Positions 43,321-64,000 of a DNA stretch of 64,000 bases are shown here, one piece after another. Below the pieces are notes generated by a model, which was given only the letters and a program-made list of their open reading frames with translations, did no database searches and was not told the origin of the DNA. Origin of the DNA: the human T2T-CHM13v2.0 reference genome, Homo sapiens; the NCBI RefSeq assembly GCF_009914755.1, contig NC_060925.1. One strand, written 5' to 3'. Numbering within the stretch: the stretch's first letter is position 1; the number at the start of each line of letters is the position of its first letter. The position numbers and the translations under genes were made by a program.

Positions 43321-45465
43321 CCCAGAGCCTAATTCAGGGCTACTAATCAAGAACACCTAAGAATTCAGCTTGTTGATAAAGGCACAATTGTTTGAAATAG
43401 AAAGAAAGGAAAACCACTCTAAAGCACATGGGAGTTATATTCCTAGCCCAGAAAAATTTCCTTACGCAATAAGTACTTATTAAGATTTTACTGTATATGT
43501 CTACAGTGTAATAAGTGGGAGGCAAAAGTTCTGCCCTCAGAAATACTACTTGATAAGAGAGGAAACTCACAGGAGACATTGGAGAAAAATGTCACCTCAC
43601 TACCACTTGCTGGGATTACTGCAACAGCCTTGGAACAACCAAGATCAGCTGACCCCAGTCCCAAGATATTTTGTCTGTTGCCAGAATCATCTTTTTAAAC
43701 ACAAATTTGAATATATAATTCCTCTGCTTAAAACTGCCCCAGTGTCTTCAATATAAAATAATAGCTACCATTTACTGAGCCCTTACCACATGTGCCAGAC
43801 CCTGTGCTAAGCTTACACATACTACTAGAAAATCCAAATTCACAGCCTGCACAGGAATGTCTTCATCTTAGCTTTTCTTTTCTTCTAATATAGCCTATGT
43901 TCCAGCCATCCTAAGCTACTTCTAGTTCTCTGAATCCAACAAGTTGCCTCATATCTCCAGGACTGCTGGGATATACTTTCCTCTCACCTACTTTTTACTG
44001 GTATATATATAGGCATCCACCAAAATTTAAGTCAGAAGCCTTCCCCTTGTTTTGTTATTTATTTCCTCCTCTTCTGAGCTCCAAACACTCCCTATTGTCT
44101 GTTTACCTGGTGTTCAAACTGTGAGCTCTTTGAGGGCCAGGACCATAACTTCCATTGGTTCAACCACAGAACCTAGCATAGTCTTGGCACATGAGAGATA
44201 ACACATTATAATAAAGACTTATCCAATCACAAATTTCCTACTTCCTGGTTTAGGACTGTTTTTGCCCCAAAGTAGTGAAGATCAAAAGTGATTGTGGATG
44301 TGAGAATGCTGTGAAACTACAAATTGTAACACACATAAATTACATTTTACTGTTATTCTCTCGAAAGACGAGGGGGTAAGAGGTGAAGTTGAATAGGAGA
44401 ACAACATCATAAAGGCCAAAAGATGCAAGTTCCAAGAAAGAAGCTATTCAGTCAAGGAAGATGAGCACAGAGGAAAGAATGGTTAGATTTAACCAGAAAA
44501 ATGTTATCAATAACATCAAAGAGAGTAATTTCAAGGGGAGCAGTGGCCTAAAGTTGGGTCTTGGCTGTGGTGCTATTCATGATGCAGGAATGACTGTGAC
44601 TATACATTTAAAAGAATATGTTATCTTTACAGTGGTAATTCTCTTAGCATCCACTCATCTGATGCTACACTAATCTACATTGTTGAGTGGCCTGTAAAAC
44701 ACACTAACTAGTGTCCCTGGCCACTCAGCTGGAGGCTAGGCTGGTACTGTCGGCATGCTAGCAGCTTCTGCTCCCACCAGTTGAGTTCTATGCTTATATG
44801 TTATGCTTGTTCCCAAAGCTACTCATGCTGGTTGTAGATGTCACTGTAATTATGTAATTTAATTCCATAACTGATGAAATATGAATGAGAAAAAAGGGGG
44901 AGTTATTTCCATGAATGCTATGTTGAATGCTTTGCAAAGATTTATAGAGGAGAATAACTCCTAGGTCTTTTGGATTAGATACAGAGGGAACAACTATAAA
45001 AATTATAGAAATCTAAAGGTTTTGGACTCAGATTACACAACAACTTTAAAAAAATAAGATCTAGCCATGATAGGCAATACATTATGGGTGAGGTTTACAC
45101 AAGAAAACCAAAGGAGAATGCAATCAACTCCATTCAAAGAAAATATCTTGGCCTTACATCAAAGATTGGTAAGTGTAAATTTGTACACTTTAATTTAAAA
45201 TAAAATGCAAATCCTTGCTTGAATCAACTACCAGTCCTAATCTCTTTAGTTAAGAGGCTTTTATAATATATTAGTCTCTTTATGAGGATTTAGAGTCCTT
45301 CTTTATGTCATTAAAATGCCAGTACTGGGCATTACATTTAACTGAGTATGAGTAAAATCTAATTATCAAATTAAAAAATAGTCTAACAAAGCCTAATGTG
45401 AACAATCTTTCTAATATTAGTCAAATAAGAGAATCAAATAAATAAGAAGTCAATACATGAAACTA

Positions 45466-45585
<120 letters not shown>

Positions 45586-45764
45586 TCACTTTTATTACAC
45601 ATAAATTACTCTTTCTTAAGCTTATTAAACTATATAGACTATTTTGATTTCATTTTTTATATCTCATGTAATATTTATAAAGTTCATGAAATCTTTAATT
45701 TCATTTAAAATCTGATTTAATAAAAATCAGAACTAGGCTGTATAAGAGTATGTCTAAATTGCCA

Positions 45765-46408
45765 CTAAGCATGAAGAAAAGAGTCACATCATTAGTTATG
45801 AGAGAAATACAATGTCACAGTGAGACAGCATTACATAACCACCAAAAAGGCTAAGAACAATTTTTAAATTATAATACCAAGTATTAGTGAGGATATGGAA
45901 CAAATGGAACACTCATGCATTACTGGTGGTATAATAATTTGGTAAAACCACAGGGAAAACTGCTGGGTGGTAGCTACTGAAGCTAAACATGTGTCTGCTC
46001 TATCACCCGACAATTCTGCTGGGTATATACACTAGAGAAATGAATACAGAACATATGTATGAGATTGTTGGGAACAGTTTTATTCCCAACAGCCAAACAC
46101 TAGAAACAATCCCAATGTCTGCCAATTGATTTTTTTCACATATAACTGCAAACTAAAGTATGTAGTTATATAAAAAAGTATTAAAAACAAAATATATAAA
46201 AAACAAACAAACAAACAAACCAGGCTGGGCAACATGGCCAGAACCCATCCCTATGAAAAAATGTTTAAAAAATTAGGCATGGTGGCACATGGCTATAGTC
46301 GCACTCGGAGGCTGAGGTGATAGCATAGCTTGAGCTCAGGAGTTCAAGATTATTGTGAGCTATGTGTGCCACTATACTCCAACTGGGGTAACAAAGCAAG
46401 ACCCTGTC
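45765..46408 (+). mobile_element. Old L1M fragment (~45765-46130) and partial AluJ (46221-46408)
   Basis: gtgaggatatggaacaaatggaacactc, cagccaaacactagaaacaatcccaatgtc; Alu fragment. Confidence 0.65.
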
Positions 46409-46640
46409 ACTACTCATTGAGCTGTGGCATTAACATTAAATTTCTGAAACAGTTGTCAATTAGGCAATGTAAACATGGCATTTCACATGCTATTATTACT
46501 ACCCTTGTAGCTGAGTCTGTCTATGAGTAAGGCCCATCACAGGCTATGAGAAGCCAGGAACCCTACTCGATGGGTAAAGGTACAAATATGTAAAGGCCTG
46601 ACTTGAAGAAATACTAGTCTGAAGTCAGTTAGTAACTTAA

Positions 46641-46934
<294 letters not shown>

Positions 46935-47010
46935 AGTAACTTAATTTTATCAATAAAGATAGAATAATCTAAACATGATATTTTCTAAATCAGTCAAGGT
47001 AAATATATAA

Positions 47011-47014
<4 letters not shown>

Positions 47015-47049
<35 letters not shown>
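47015..47049. repeat. (AT)n microsatellite, ~17 units
   Basis: Perfect atatat run. Confidence 0.95.
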
Positions 47050-47051
<2 letters not shown>

Positions 47052-48003
47052 ATGAAGGTAAGATCTAAGAGATGAATAAGTAATTTTCAAGTTCTCTTCA
47101 AGTAAAATGGGATATTTTACAATTTCTGCAACTGGATTTCATGTCACCTGCAAGCATGTGATAGAGGTGAAAAATACATAGCTTCTCTAGAATTTATTAC
47201 AGAGACATAAGGTGATATCTCCTCTTACCCAGCCTAACACCAAGTCTCATCATTTACTAAGGTTACTAACTAGCTTAGTGCTGATATCCTCAATTCCTAT
47301 AATGAAACCCATCTATCTATTAAATGGAATCTGTTTACAAGTTCAATATTTTTTCAAGGAGGCATCAGTAGTTGCCAAGGCAGCTAATGGAGAATATTCA
47401 CATCCATTATAAGACGCACAAGATAGTTGCTACAGTCTAATCTTATTAGGCTTTTGGCTACCAAGATTTTTTATTAAGAATTGCAGTCCTGAGAAATCCA
47501 TCCCTCTTTCCTTCACTATCTGTGAAGGGTGTAATGAAGGCAGCTGTTCTGCATCTATCATTGATTCCCTCTTTCCTTGGAAAGCTAGATACAGAACAGC
47601 TGCCTTCATTACACTCAGGGATAGTAGTCAGCTGCTTGGGGAACAGAAGTGGTGATTACTATCAGTTGTTTTGCCCCTTTATAAATAGCACTTTTCCAAG
47701 TAGTTAAAATGGCCAGTACTGTTTTTTTTTTGTTTTGTTTTTTGTTTTGTTTTTTTTTTTTTTTTTTTAGAGACAGGGTCTCACTCTGTCACCCAGGCTG
47801 GATGCAGTGGTGTGATCATAGCTCACTGCAGCCTTGAACTACTGGGCTCAAGAGACCCTTGCACCTCAGCCAATACACAGTAATATGTTAGGCTGCAGGA
47901 TAATCAAATAAAAATTTAATAGGTTGTAAATCTTTAAATTCACATCCTGTTAAATCAGGAAGCCTCTTTTAGATCAAACAGTGATGTTTCTAACATCTGT
48001 TTA

Positions 48004-48120
<117 letters not shown>

Positions 48121-50493
48121 TTAATAGGTTTTACCATTATCAATGGAGACTTCTTACATAAATTTCTGCATAAAACCACCTAAGAATGTTGCAATAATAA
48201 CATGAAATTATTGGATAAGAAATAACTTTTGATAAACTGTCCCTCTTCAACTCACATTACCTATACAATAATTAATTCCCAGAAGCTCCTCGGTCATATG
48301 GGCTAACATCTGGATTCAAATTTGCTGTGGTTTGAACATCATAGCAATATTCTCTCCAATAAATACTTGAATTTCATACAGATTTAAAAACAATAAGCTT
48401 ACTTTTGTAGATACTATTCATTCATTCATCATTCAACAAATATTTATTGAGTATCTAGTATGCACCAAGCCCTATTTGAAGCACGATGGATTCCATAATG
48501 AACAAAACAGACCCCAAGTCTTGCCTTCACTGAGTTTAAATTCTAGTGAGGGACCTATATAATAAACATGATAAGTTAATATATTATATTTAGTATGTTA
48601 ATGGTAAGTGCCAAAGAGAAAAACATTAAAGCAGGAAGGAAATATGAAATATTAGATGGGATGTTTGAAATTCAACTCTTTCTAATCAAAGAAGTTTACA
48701 TATTAAAACTCAAATACAGTATACAACACTGATTAAATAATTTAGATATCTGCTAAATAATTTTGTAGCTTGTACATCATCATCAAACATATCATCATTG
48801 CCAATACACACTGTGTTGAAATTTCTCTGAAGGTAATTTTATTGTTTTGAGCCTTATAAAATTGTGTGTGTCAAATGGTGGAGCTGAGACTGGTTGGATG
48901 GGGCAAGATGAATATTTAATGGGAAAAACAAACAAGTAAAACAACAACTTCTTTTAAATGTAAGCAACATTAATGATACTGATAACACTAGTCAAAATGT
49001 TAGGCACTATGCATTCATTTTCTCAAAATATGCAATAACCTTTTGAGATAACTACTATTACAGCCCTCATTTTAGGAGAACATTGAAACGAAGAGTTCAG
49101 AAACCGTGTGCTATGAGGATTACAAGCTCTATGCAGCAACCATGGGGCTTGACGTCAGCTTTGTCTATGTCCCCTCTGCAAGCTGCCTTTGGTTTATAAA
49201 CAAATACTACAAAGCAGAATTTTCTTCTTAAATGCCACTTTTTTAGACTTGAATTTGAAATTAATTCAGATTTTAGAAATTATTATTTTCTCATTCTAGA
49301 CATAACATTCCTTTTTAATAAAATGGAAAAGTAACACATTTAAGTAGAGAGCCTAAATATGATCGCCATTCAGGCTGTAGTCAACTGAAGAGGGTGATTT
49401 GAAGGGCATTAAGAGGATTCCTCTGTCCTAAAATCATTTTTTGGTCAAGGTTTAATTGATCAAAGACTATTCCTTTATTTAAATCACTTACTTTCATAAT
49501 GTCTTCCTTTAATATATAAGTGATTACACAGTTTTTTGGAGGAAGGAAGAGTATCGTTTCCATTAATATATTAGCATGAATTAGTTCATCTGTGAGAGTT
49601 CTCTACAATAGTGCAACCTCATATAAGGAAGATAAAGTTAAGAATTTTGATTTGAGAGGAATAATTTACCAGGGAACTGACTAAGGAGGTCTAAGTGAAG
49701 GACTGATTGGCAAAGGGGAATATTTACAATATGTTTTTATATCTTATTTGATCATGGCACCTTCATTTTAAAAAGGAGGTGGAAGGAGGTAGAAAATAAC
49801 AGGCCAGAGATTCAGTGGCCCTCTTGAGCCAGAAGCTTGTCAGCAATTCAGCTGGGATCCAAATCACTGCCTTCTGCCTCCAGGCTTGGGGTCTTCCCCA
49901 TATGCTGCTTCCAGACTGTGAATGTCCTGGTAGAAACAGTGGCTACCGAAAGCAATAGAAAATGAAGCCTGAGCAGAGAGCTGAGAGGGCAGCAAGGCTA
50001 ACCTTGGACTACAGTCAACCCTGGTCACGATCTGCCTCTTTGTTCTTCTGAGGCATACAGAAGTAACAGACAAATACATATTTGAACAATCAGACACTAG
50101 GTTGATCTCAGGACCTTCACTCTTGACTTTTATCACGATGACTATAATATTAAGAATATTGTGTTCGGTTGGGGCCATTTCATGCAGGAATTCAGAAGGA
50201 AATAAACAATATACTTGTCACAACCTAACTAGGGAGTAGAGCAAAGCACACTGGTTTTAGATAAAGAGAACCATATGCTTAAATCCTGACACTTACTTAG
50301 CTGTGTGTCTGCAGGGAAGAAACTTAACTTCTCTGAGCCCTAGTATTTTCTTTAGAGTGGGGATACTGACAGTATCTATACTTCACAGGTTTACTGGGAG
50401 GATTGTAAGAGGAAATATGTGAAAAAGGTCTACCCTAGTTAGTACAGAGGCATTACAACGGGGAAAAAGCCAGTGTTTATAATAAGCTATTTA

Positions 50494-50682
<189 letters not shown>

Positions 50683-50685
50683 TCA

Positions 50686-51027
<342 letters not shown>

Positions 51028-51360
51028 TTACGAAGAGATCTAAGTGCCACATTCATTTCTCAGCCTGAAGCTGACCCGAAAAAGCCATGAGATTTACAGC
51101 AGTGTTCCTACCTACCACGCAACTTGTGAGGGCAACAAGTGGGATATTTACGATGTCAGGGCATCCTTATACTCTCAGAAAATATTAGATAAATATAAAT
51201 GCACATGCATATGTCTATAAACCATATGCTTTCTAAGTTCAAAATACACTTTACCAGAGACAAAAAAAATTAATATATACTTAAAACACTTTTACTTAAA
51301 TTATAAATGAAAATAGATTGGTTAGTATGACATTTGTCTAGGCTCCTAAGGCCAATATAA

Positions 51361-51972
<612 letters not shown>

Positions 51973-52971
51973 CTATTACTTTTAATAATCAACAAATTTG
52001 CCTATATGAAATATTTATGGGCCTAATTTAGCTATAGCTAATCAACAGCATTATATCATGTCTCAGTCATCAATATAGTACAAAAAATTGTAAACACGCT
52101 GAAAAACGTTCCAGATATTTAACGAGTCCTGTTTATTATCGAAAACAAATTATACTCTATTGTTTACCAAAACTTTCTCAGTCTTTCCTCATCTTTTGAT
52201 TCAAATAAAAACCTTTCCACAAAAAGAATGCTTCACAGTAAATTCACAATTATCAGTGAAAATAAATGTGAGCAGTGTGCTGGGTGATCTAATTTCTTAT
52301 GTTTGGCTTCTAAATCATTGGAAAATTCTCATTCCAGAATTAAGCCCCTGATTCCATTGCTTAGGTTAATATTCAAATGGCATCCTTACCCTTTCACTAG
52401 GTGGCAACATGAAGTGTGGTGAGTTTACAATAAGAAAAAGTTCACAAGTTTTATAAAGAATGAGAAAAGAAGTAAACTAAAAATCTATAAACATGTGGGT
52501 ATTTATAAACCTCATATACAGTCCTTCCAGTATCAAATGCCTAAAAGAGCTGCTGATAAAAAGTGTGAGCCCCCAAAGACAACTAAAAATGTAAGATGTT
52601 TATGTTCCTGCAAGATATAAGCACAGGAACCCAAATGATTCCAGGACAGTAGAAAGTGATGCTTCACAACAGAGGAATAACGTTCTGTGGATATTAGGAG
52701 GAAGAAGAGAAAATTTGCAGTTAGTGAATCATGAAAGGTTTCCTGGAGGAGAAGCATTTGAGCTGGACCTTGAAAGATAAGTAAGATTTCGATATCCATG
52801 AGTGAGAGAGGCAGGGAAAGGGAAGAGGATAGGTCCAGATCTAAGACGGGAAGCACACGGATGCTTCATTTTAACTAAAATCTAGGAAGCAAATGAGAAA
52901 GAAATAGAAAAATCAGTTGGATTCAAAGTCAAAAGTTATTGGAGAGCAAGCTTAAGAGTTTATGCTTTGTT

Positions 52972-53945
52972 CAGGCAATTCTTGAACTTACTAGTCTCAT
53001 GATCCCCTTAAAATTACTGGCAACCCCACAGAACTTTGGTTTATGAGTTATGGCTGTCAATCTTTATGGTACTAAAAATTAAAACTGATAAATTAAAAAA
53101 TATTTTATTAGTCCATTTTGAAATGAAAATAAACTGATTACATGCTAATATTTTATGAAAATAATTACATTTGACCCAGCAATCCCATTACTGGGTATAT
53201 ACCCGAAGGATTATAAATCATTCTTCTATAAAGACACATGCACACATATGTTTACTGCAGCACTATTCATAATAGCAAAGACTTGGAACCAACCCAAATG
53301 CCCATCAATGATAGACTGGATAAAGAAAATGTGGCACAGATACACAAAGGAATACTATGCAGCCATAAAAAAGATGAGTTCATGTCCTTTGCAGAGACAT
53401 AGATGAAGCTGGAAACCGTCATTCTCAGCAAACTAACACAGGAACAGAAAACCAAACACCGCATGTTCTCACTCATAAGTGGGAGTTGAAAATGAGAACA
53501 CATGGACACAGGGAGGGGAACATCACATACCAGGGCCTGTGGGGGATTGCGGGGCTAGGGAAGGGATAGCATTAGGAGAAATACCTAATGTCGATGATGG
53601 GTTGATGGGTGCAGCAAACCACCATGGCACGTGTATACCTATGTAACAAACCTGCACGTTCTGCATATGTATCCCATAACTTAAAGTATAATAATAAAAA
53701 AGTAGTTATATTTCCCAATGCAAAAAAAAAAAGGATATTTGGTGAGAAATATGGCACTACTTTACATATTTGCAAATCTCTGTAATGCCTGGTTTATATC
53801 TGGATTCTCCAATCAGTTTTGCCATTCAATCTATTGTGCTCTGTGTTTTGGTTGAAGTATAAGAGGAAAATCTGGTCTCATATAGACATGTAGGTGAAAA
53901 AAGGAGGACTCCTGAGGTCCTCTGACCACTCTTTGAGAATCACTG
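52972..53945 (+). mobile_element. hAT/Charlie-like DNA transposon remnant split by an L1PA 3' fragment (~53165-53700)
   Basis: L1: catttgacccagcaatcccattactggg...acttaaagtataataat; flanks cagg..ttct / ctttgagaatcactg resemble Charlie termini. Confidence 0.7.
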
Positions 53946-54150
53946 CCAATTTTCTTAGGCAGAGGGAAGCACCTAGCAGTTCCTGAGCGTGGAACTGACC
54001 AAATGAGACTTTAGAGAAAATTAATTTAAAGGTAGTATATAGAAGGTTATTGTTATTTTTAAATCTGAGTGTATTTTTCTTTCTCTATTCTTTCCGTCAT
54101 TTCTATTAAAAGAAACCCTCGTAACATAAAAAAATGGATGCAAATGCTCA

Positions 54151-54396
<246 letters not shown>

Positions 54397-55155
54397 CTAA
54401 TAAAAAATGCACTGGTGATTCTTTGCCAAAGATTCTGAATCAATATTAACTTGAATGAGCTTTTAACTTGAAAGCTGATGGATACTGAGGATACATCACA
54501 AAGCAACACATACATGCTATTTCACAAATATTACTACTTGGCTGGATGAAACATGAGGGTCAGGAGTAGATTGGAGACTCATGGGCAAGGATGGTGAGTT
54601 CAGATATTTATAAGGAGTCCTGCACTAATGGCCCTGACTCAACCAGTATACATTTCAGAGTTTTCTGGGCCATCTTTGGCAAGGGCCAAGTTTTGTCTAT
54701 CAGTACCATCAAAATACTTATATTTCTTCAGAATGCACTCTTCAACCTAAAAAACAATCTGAAATTTCATCTCTCTCCATCATAATGAACATTTCAAGCA
54801 GGCAATATTAAATTTAGCCTATAAACAACAGTGGCTGACAATGTTAAGTGAATCTCCACAGACCTATTTAGGTGTCTCATCCAAATTAACGTTAACACCC
54901 CCTGGAAAAAATTATTTGATCCACCATGAGCTGTAAAGGAAATGTGAGTCCTCAAGAGATGAGAAAAAAACACAGTAGGACACTGCCATGTGACAACTGC
55001 TAAATTCAAGTATCCACGGCATCATTCTCAATAAAGAAATTAAGGGGAGCACCTCTCATCCCTCTCCCCGCTCCAAAAAACCCCCCGAAAAACCCCAGAA
55101 AAGGAAAGCATCCCCTTAGCCTACTGGATGTGTACAGATCAAAGCCATACCTTTA

Positions 55156-55359
<204 letters not shown>

Positions 55360-55871
55360 TTACCCTGTCAATTTTTTGGACTAACCATTTATGTTAAACA
55401 TAATGTTAAAACTAAGTTACCTACTGATGTGTTTTTGTATTTCTCAATGAAGTGGAAGTCTAACAATCTATTTTATTCAGAACATTTATATTCCATTTAT
55501 TTATGATCTTTTAGTCATCTTTGTTCTGAATCAATATAAATCCTTATTTGGAATATTTCATCATTACTGAAAACTGTTGAATATTTTAACAGATTAATAT
55601 TCTGATAATCATACAAAAAATAACAAGAAAAACATTGCCTTCCCCGAAGACCATTCCATTTGCCTTACTGAGTTAAGATGTATTGTTCAAATCATGTTAT
55701 TTTTTTATGATGATACAAAATATAAAATTTCATAAATTAAAGCATAAGTCAAATGCATTAAGAGTATTCTATTAATACATAAAAGAATCTCTACGGTGAA
55801 ATGTTTTGTACACTACAGACTCCTTTTGTTAAGGGATCCTATCCACTCTCCCATCTTTTTGTGACATTTCA

Positions 55872-56024
<153 letters not shown>

Positions 56025-57031
56025 TCAAATTTAAATCTTTTTCAGTCTAAAAAAAAATTTAGCATAGACAAAATCTTACACTTTCCTAGACAGCAGATGC
56101 ATGCATATGGATGATGCAGCTTCTTGAGGTGAAAAAATTAGTGGTTGCTTGCTGTATCATGTAATCTGAGAGGGAATATGAGGTACCTTGTCTACCTAGG
56201 AGATTCTCTATAACCTGTTGTATATTTAAACTTCACTGTTTCCAAACCTTCTTTGGGTTAAGCATTGCCTTCCAATCCAAATCTCTATTAAGGAGCATAT
56301 TACCAGACAGGAGTTACTACTACGTGAGCATAGATCTGCTGTTGATGAACGAGGTGCCACTTGGCTGTAGGTTTTGACTGGAGAGAGAGGTAGGATCTGT
56401 AGCTGTGGATCTTAGCCTTGCCTTGGCTGTACAAAGGTATTGCAGACGTGGCAGTGAGGAGCAAGTACATAAAAGTATCAAACTCCAATTTTTAAATCAC
56501 TAATAAGTTATGAAAAAACAGACTTTAAACCAAAAAACTTAAGTCAACATAAGTGACTTTTAAAATGGCTGTAAACCAGCATACCTACTTGAAGCTGAAA
56601 TTTTTTTAAGATTTATAAAATTGGTTCACAGATAATTCTGGGATAATGAAGTTTAATGAAATGGTGTTACATCTGTAAGTACTGGTATCTCTGAAAGGCC
56701 TTGATTAATTATAATACTGCAATACTTTTATGTGAAAAATAGCTCTAAGTTAAAAGACTGACTGTTAGTTTAAATGAATTATTTCAAATAGTTTTCAAAA
56801 ATTAAGGAGGGTAAAGAGTTGAAGGAGAAGAAGCACATGAAAGAAGTGAATTTATGAGGACGACTTAGGGCCAGGAGCTGTGATAAGTACGTGACATGCA
56901 CATCACCTCCTTTTATCCTAATAACTTCTGTGGCAGGGATGATGATCCAGATTTCAGAAATGATGAAATAAGCTCATACGGGAAAGCTAACATGTCCAGC
57001 ACTACAGTTAATGAGTTAGAACTAAAATTGA

Positions 57032-57325
<294 letters not shown>

Positions 57326-58494
57326 AACTAAAATTGGATCCATGTTTATCAGATCTCAAATAAATTTAAAAAAAAGAACTAAAATTTGAAAATAAACCTG
57401 CCTGATTCTATTAATAACATGCGTATTTTCTCTTCTCCCCCTTTAAAAATGTTCACATGTGTATGAGGATATATACATGTACATATAAATTTATATATGC
57501 ACTTAATTTTTACACTTACGAAACCACACATATATACACACACACACATACACGCACACTCTTTAATGCCTTCTATTTTTTTTCCTTTTTTGGTCTAATT
57601 TCCCTTCCAAGGGCCTCCTCATACCAGCTCCCTTTTTACCTCATCCCATATAGACACCCTTTAAAAAACTTTTTGTGGGTACATAGTAGGTAGGTGTATA
57701 TTTGTATGTGGTACTTGATATGTTTTGATACAGGCATGCAACATGAAATAAGCACATCATGAAGAATGGAGTGTCCATCCCATCAAGCATTTACCCATTG
57801 AGTTGCAAACAATCCAATTACATTCTTTAAGCTATTTTAAGATGCACAGTTATTATTGACTATAGTCACCCTGTTGTGCTATCAAATAGAAGGTCTTATT
57901 CTATTTTTTGTACCCATTAGAAACCTTTTTTAAAAAACAAATATATCTTCCATGCTCATAAATAATGACAATGTTAACAACAATAAATGCTAATGGCTAC
58001 ATAAAGGTTACTATGCTCCAAGCCATTAACAGCTTTATATGTATAGATACATATATCGTACTTTTGAGGGAGGATAAGGGGGAGTCACTGTCACAACAAT
58101 GGGATCATAATTACACCATGTTCCTTCCACTTGCAACCCAATATCCTGTTTAACCAACAAAATTCAGAATGACCTTAGTTTATTTATCAGGGGAATTTCC
58201 TCTCTTCTAGACTTCCCCTTAACCTCCATAACCTGATGCTTTTCACCACTAGGTAGGCTGAAAAAATTGGTTGCCTATACAGTTAACAAAGACATTCTAT
58301 ACTCAATCAAAAATAACTCTGTCTCGCTGTTTTATGTGCATGTATACTGGGAAGCAAATCAAAAAGAAATGTTGGGGGAGAGCAGAATTTATCTTATATT
58401 TTAGGCTCACTGTTAAATTGCCACTAGATTCACTTTGATAAATTTTACATACAAAATGTCTGACCTGGGCCTGTTATTAAAGTGCATCAGATTT

Positions 58495-58871
<377 letters not shown>

Positions 58872-59619
58872 TCAAAATGCTCATCAAAATTGGCAGCCAG
58901 AAGTTTATTTTATATTAAGGCAGCCAAAAAAATTAAATGCCATGCCTTGGACCTCTCTTCACACTATGAATTCCACTTTTCTCTCCAACCAACCTCTCCT
59001 CTACCCACCATCACTTGTAATAAAATTCTGAAACAAACAAAAAACCTGCTCTGCTTAACTTTGCTTCTTATTTCTCCCTAGGTTACCTCCTTCTATTTCC
59101 CACCCTACAGGTAGTCTCTGTTTATAACCTAGAGTGTGTTTTTCCTGTTTTCTATAAACATTAAAACTTCCAAACAGTCAAGCTTTTGTTTGTATATAGG
59201 AGATCAGTATAAAATAGAGGATGCCAAAGAAACTATCAGAACATAATCATATAATTGTAGAATCACTTATAAGCAATATAGATATTTTAAATTGCAGGAA
59301 ACATTAAGATGAAAGAAGAAAAATAAAGAAGTGAATACAGAGATAAATTAAGTTACCACATAGAAACACATATATGGACACATATAACAGGAGAAGAGTC
59401 TAGTGTATAAAGGTAACTACCTCCATAACTAGTAAATACAAAATAAGATATTCTAACAGTCACAACAAAGAATGCCACATTACATTATTCATAATATATT
59501 TATATTATGAATTCACATATTAAAATATTAACTGTTATCTCACATATAAATATGTTATATATTGACATATAACCAGATGATGTCTAAATAATAGATTTTG
59601 AGTAACAGAAACCTTGAGG

Positions 59620-64000
<4,381 letters not shown>

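Overview
Primate (almost certainly human, 1q41) genomic DNA, AT-rich and Alu-dense, with two convergent multi-exon genes. On the + strand are the last 11 coding exons of IARS2 (mitochondrial isoleucyl-tRNA synthetase; KMSKS motif, anticodon-binding region, C-terminal CxxC..CxxC zinc finger; stop at 30907-30909). On the - strand are the last 14 coding exons and ~3 kb 3'UTR of RAB3GAP2 (stop at 34525-34527). I assembled all exons by hand: each has GT/AG ends and the phases join into uninterrupted frames. Exon numbers assume 23 and 35 total exons from memory. The IARS2 introns carry the antisense miR-194-1/miR-215 cluster, a sense U13 (SNORD13) snoRNA copy and an antisense RPS15A processed pseudogene. 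The rest is mostly Alu, L1, MIR, L2, MLT and Tigger/Charlie repeats, and nearly all long ORFs in the supplied track are Alu/L1 artefacts. I see no wholly new gene system. The best candidate for something under-described is a locus-level circuit with three parts: a compact gut-type promoter, first exon and small ORF for pri-miR-194-1/215; a perfect miR-194 8mer in the distal RAB3GAP2 3'UTR; and poly(A) choices on both strands that could remove or mask that site. The motifs are seen in the sequence, but the circuit itself is inference.
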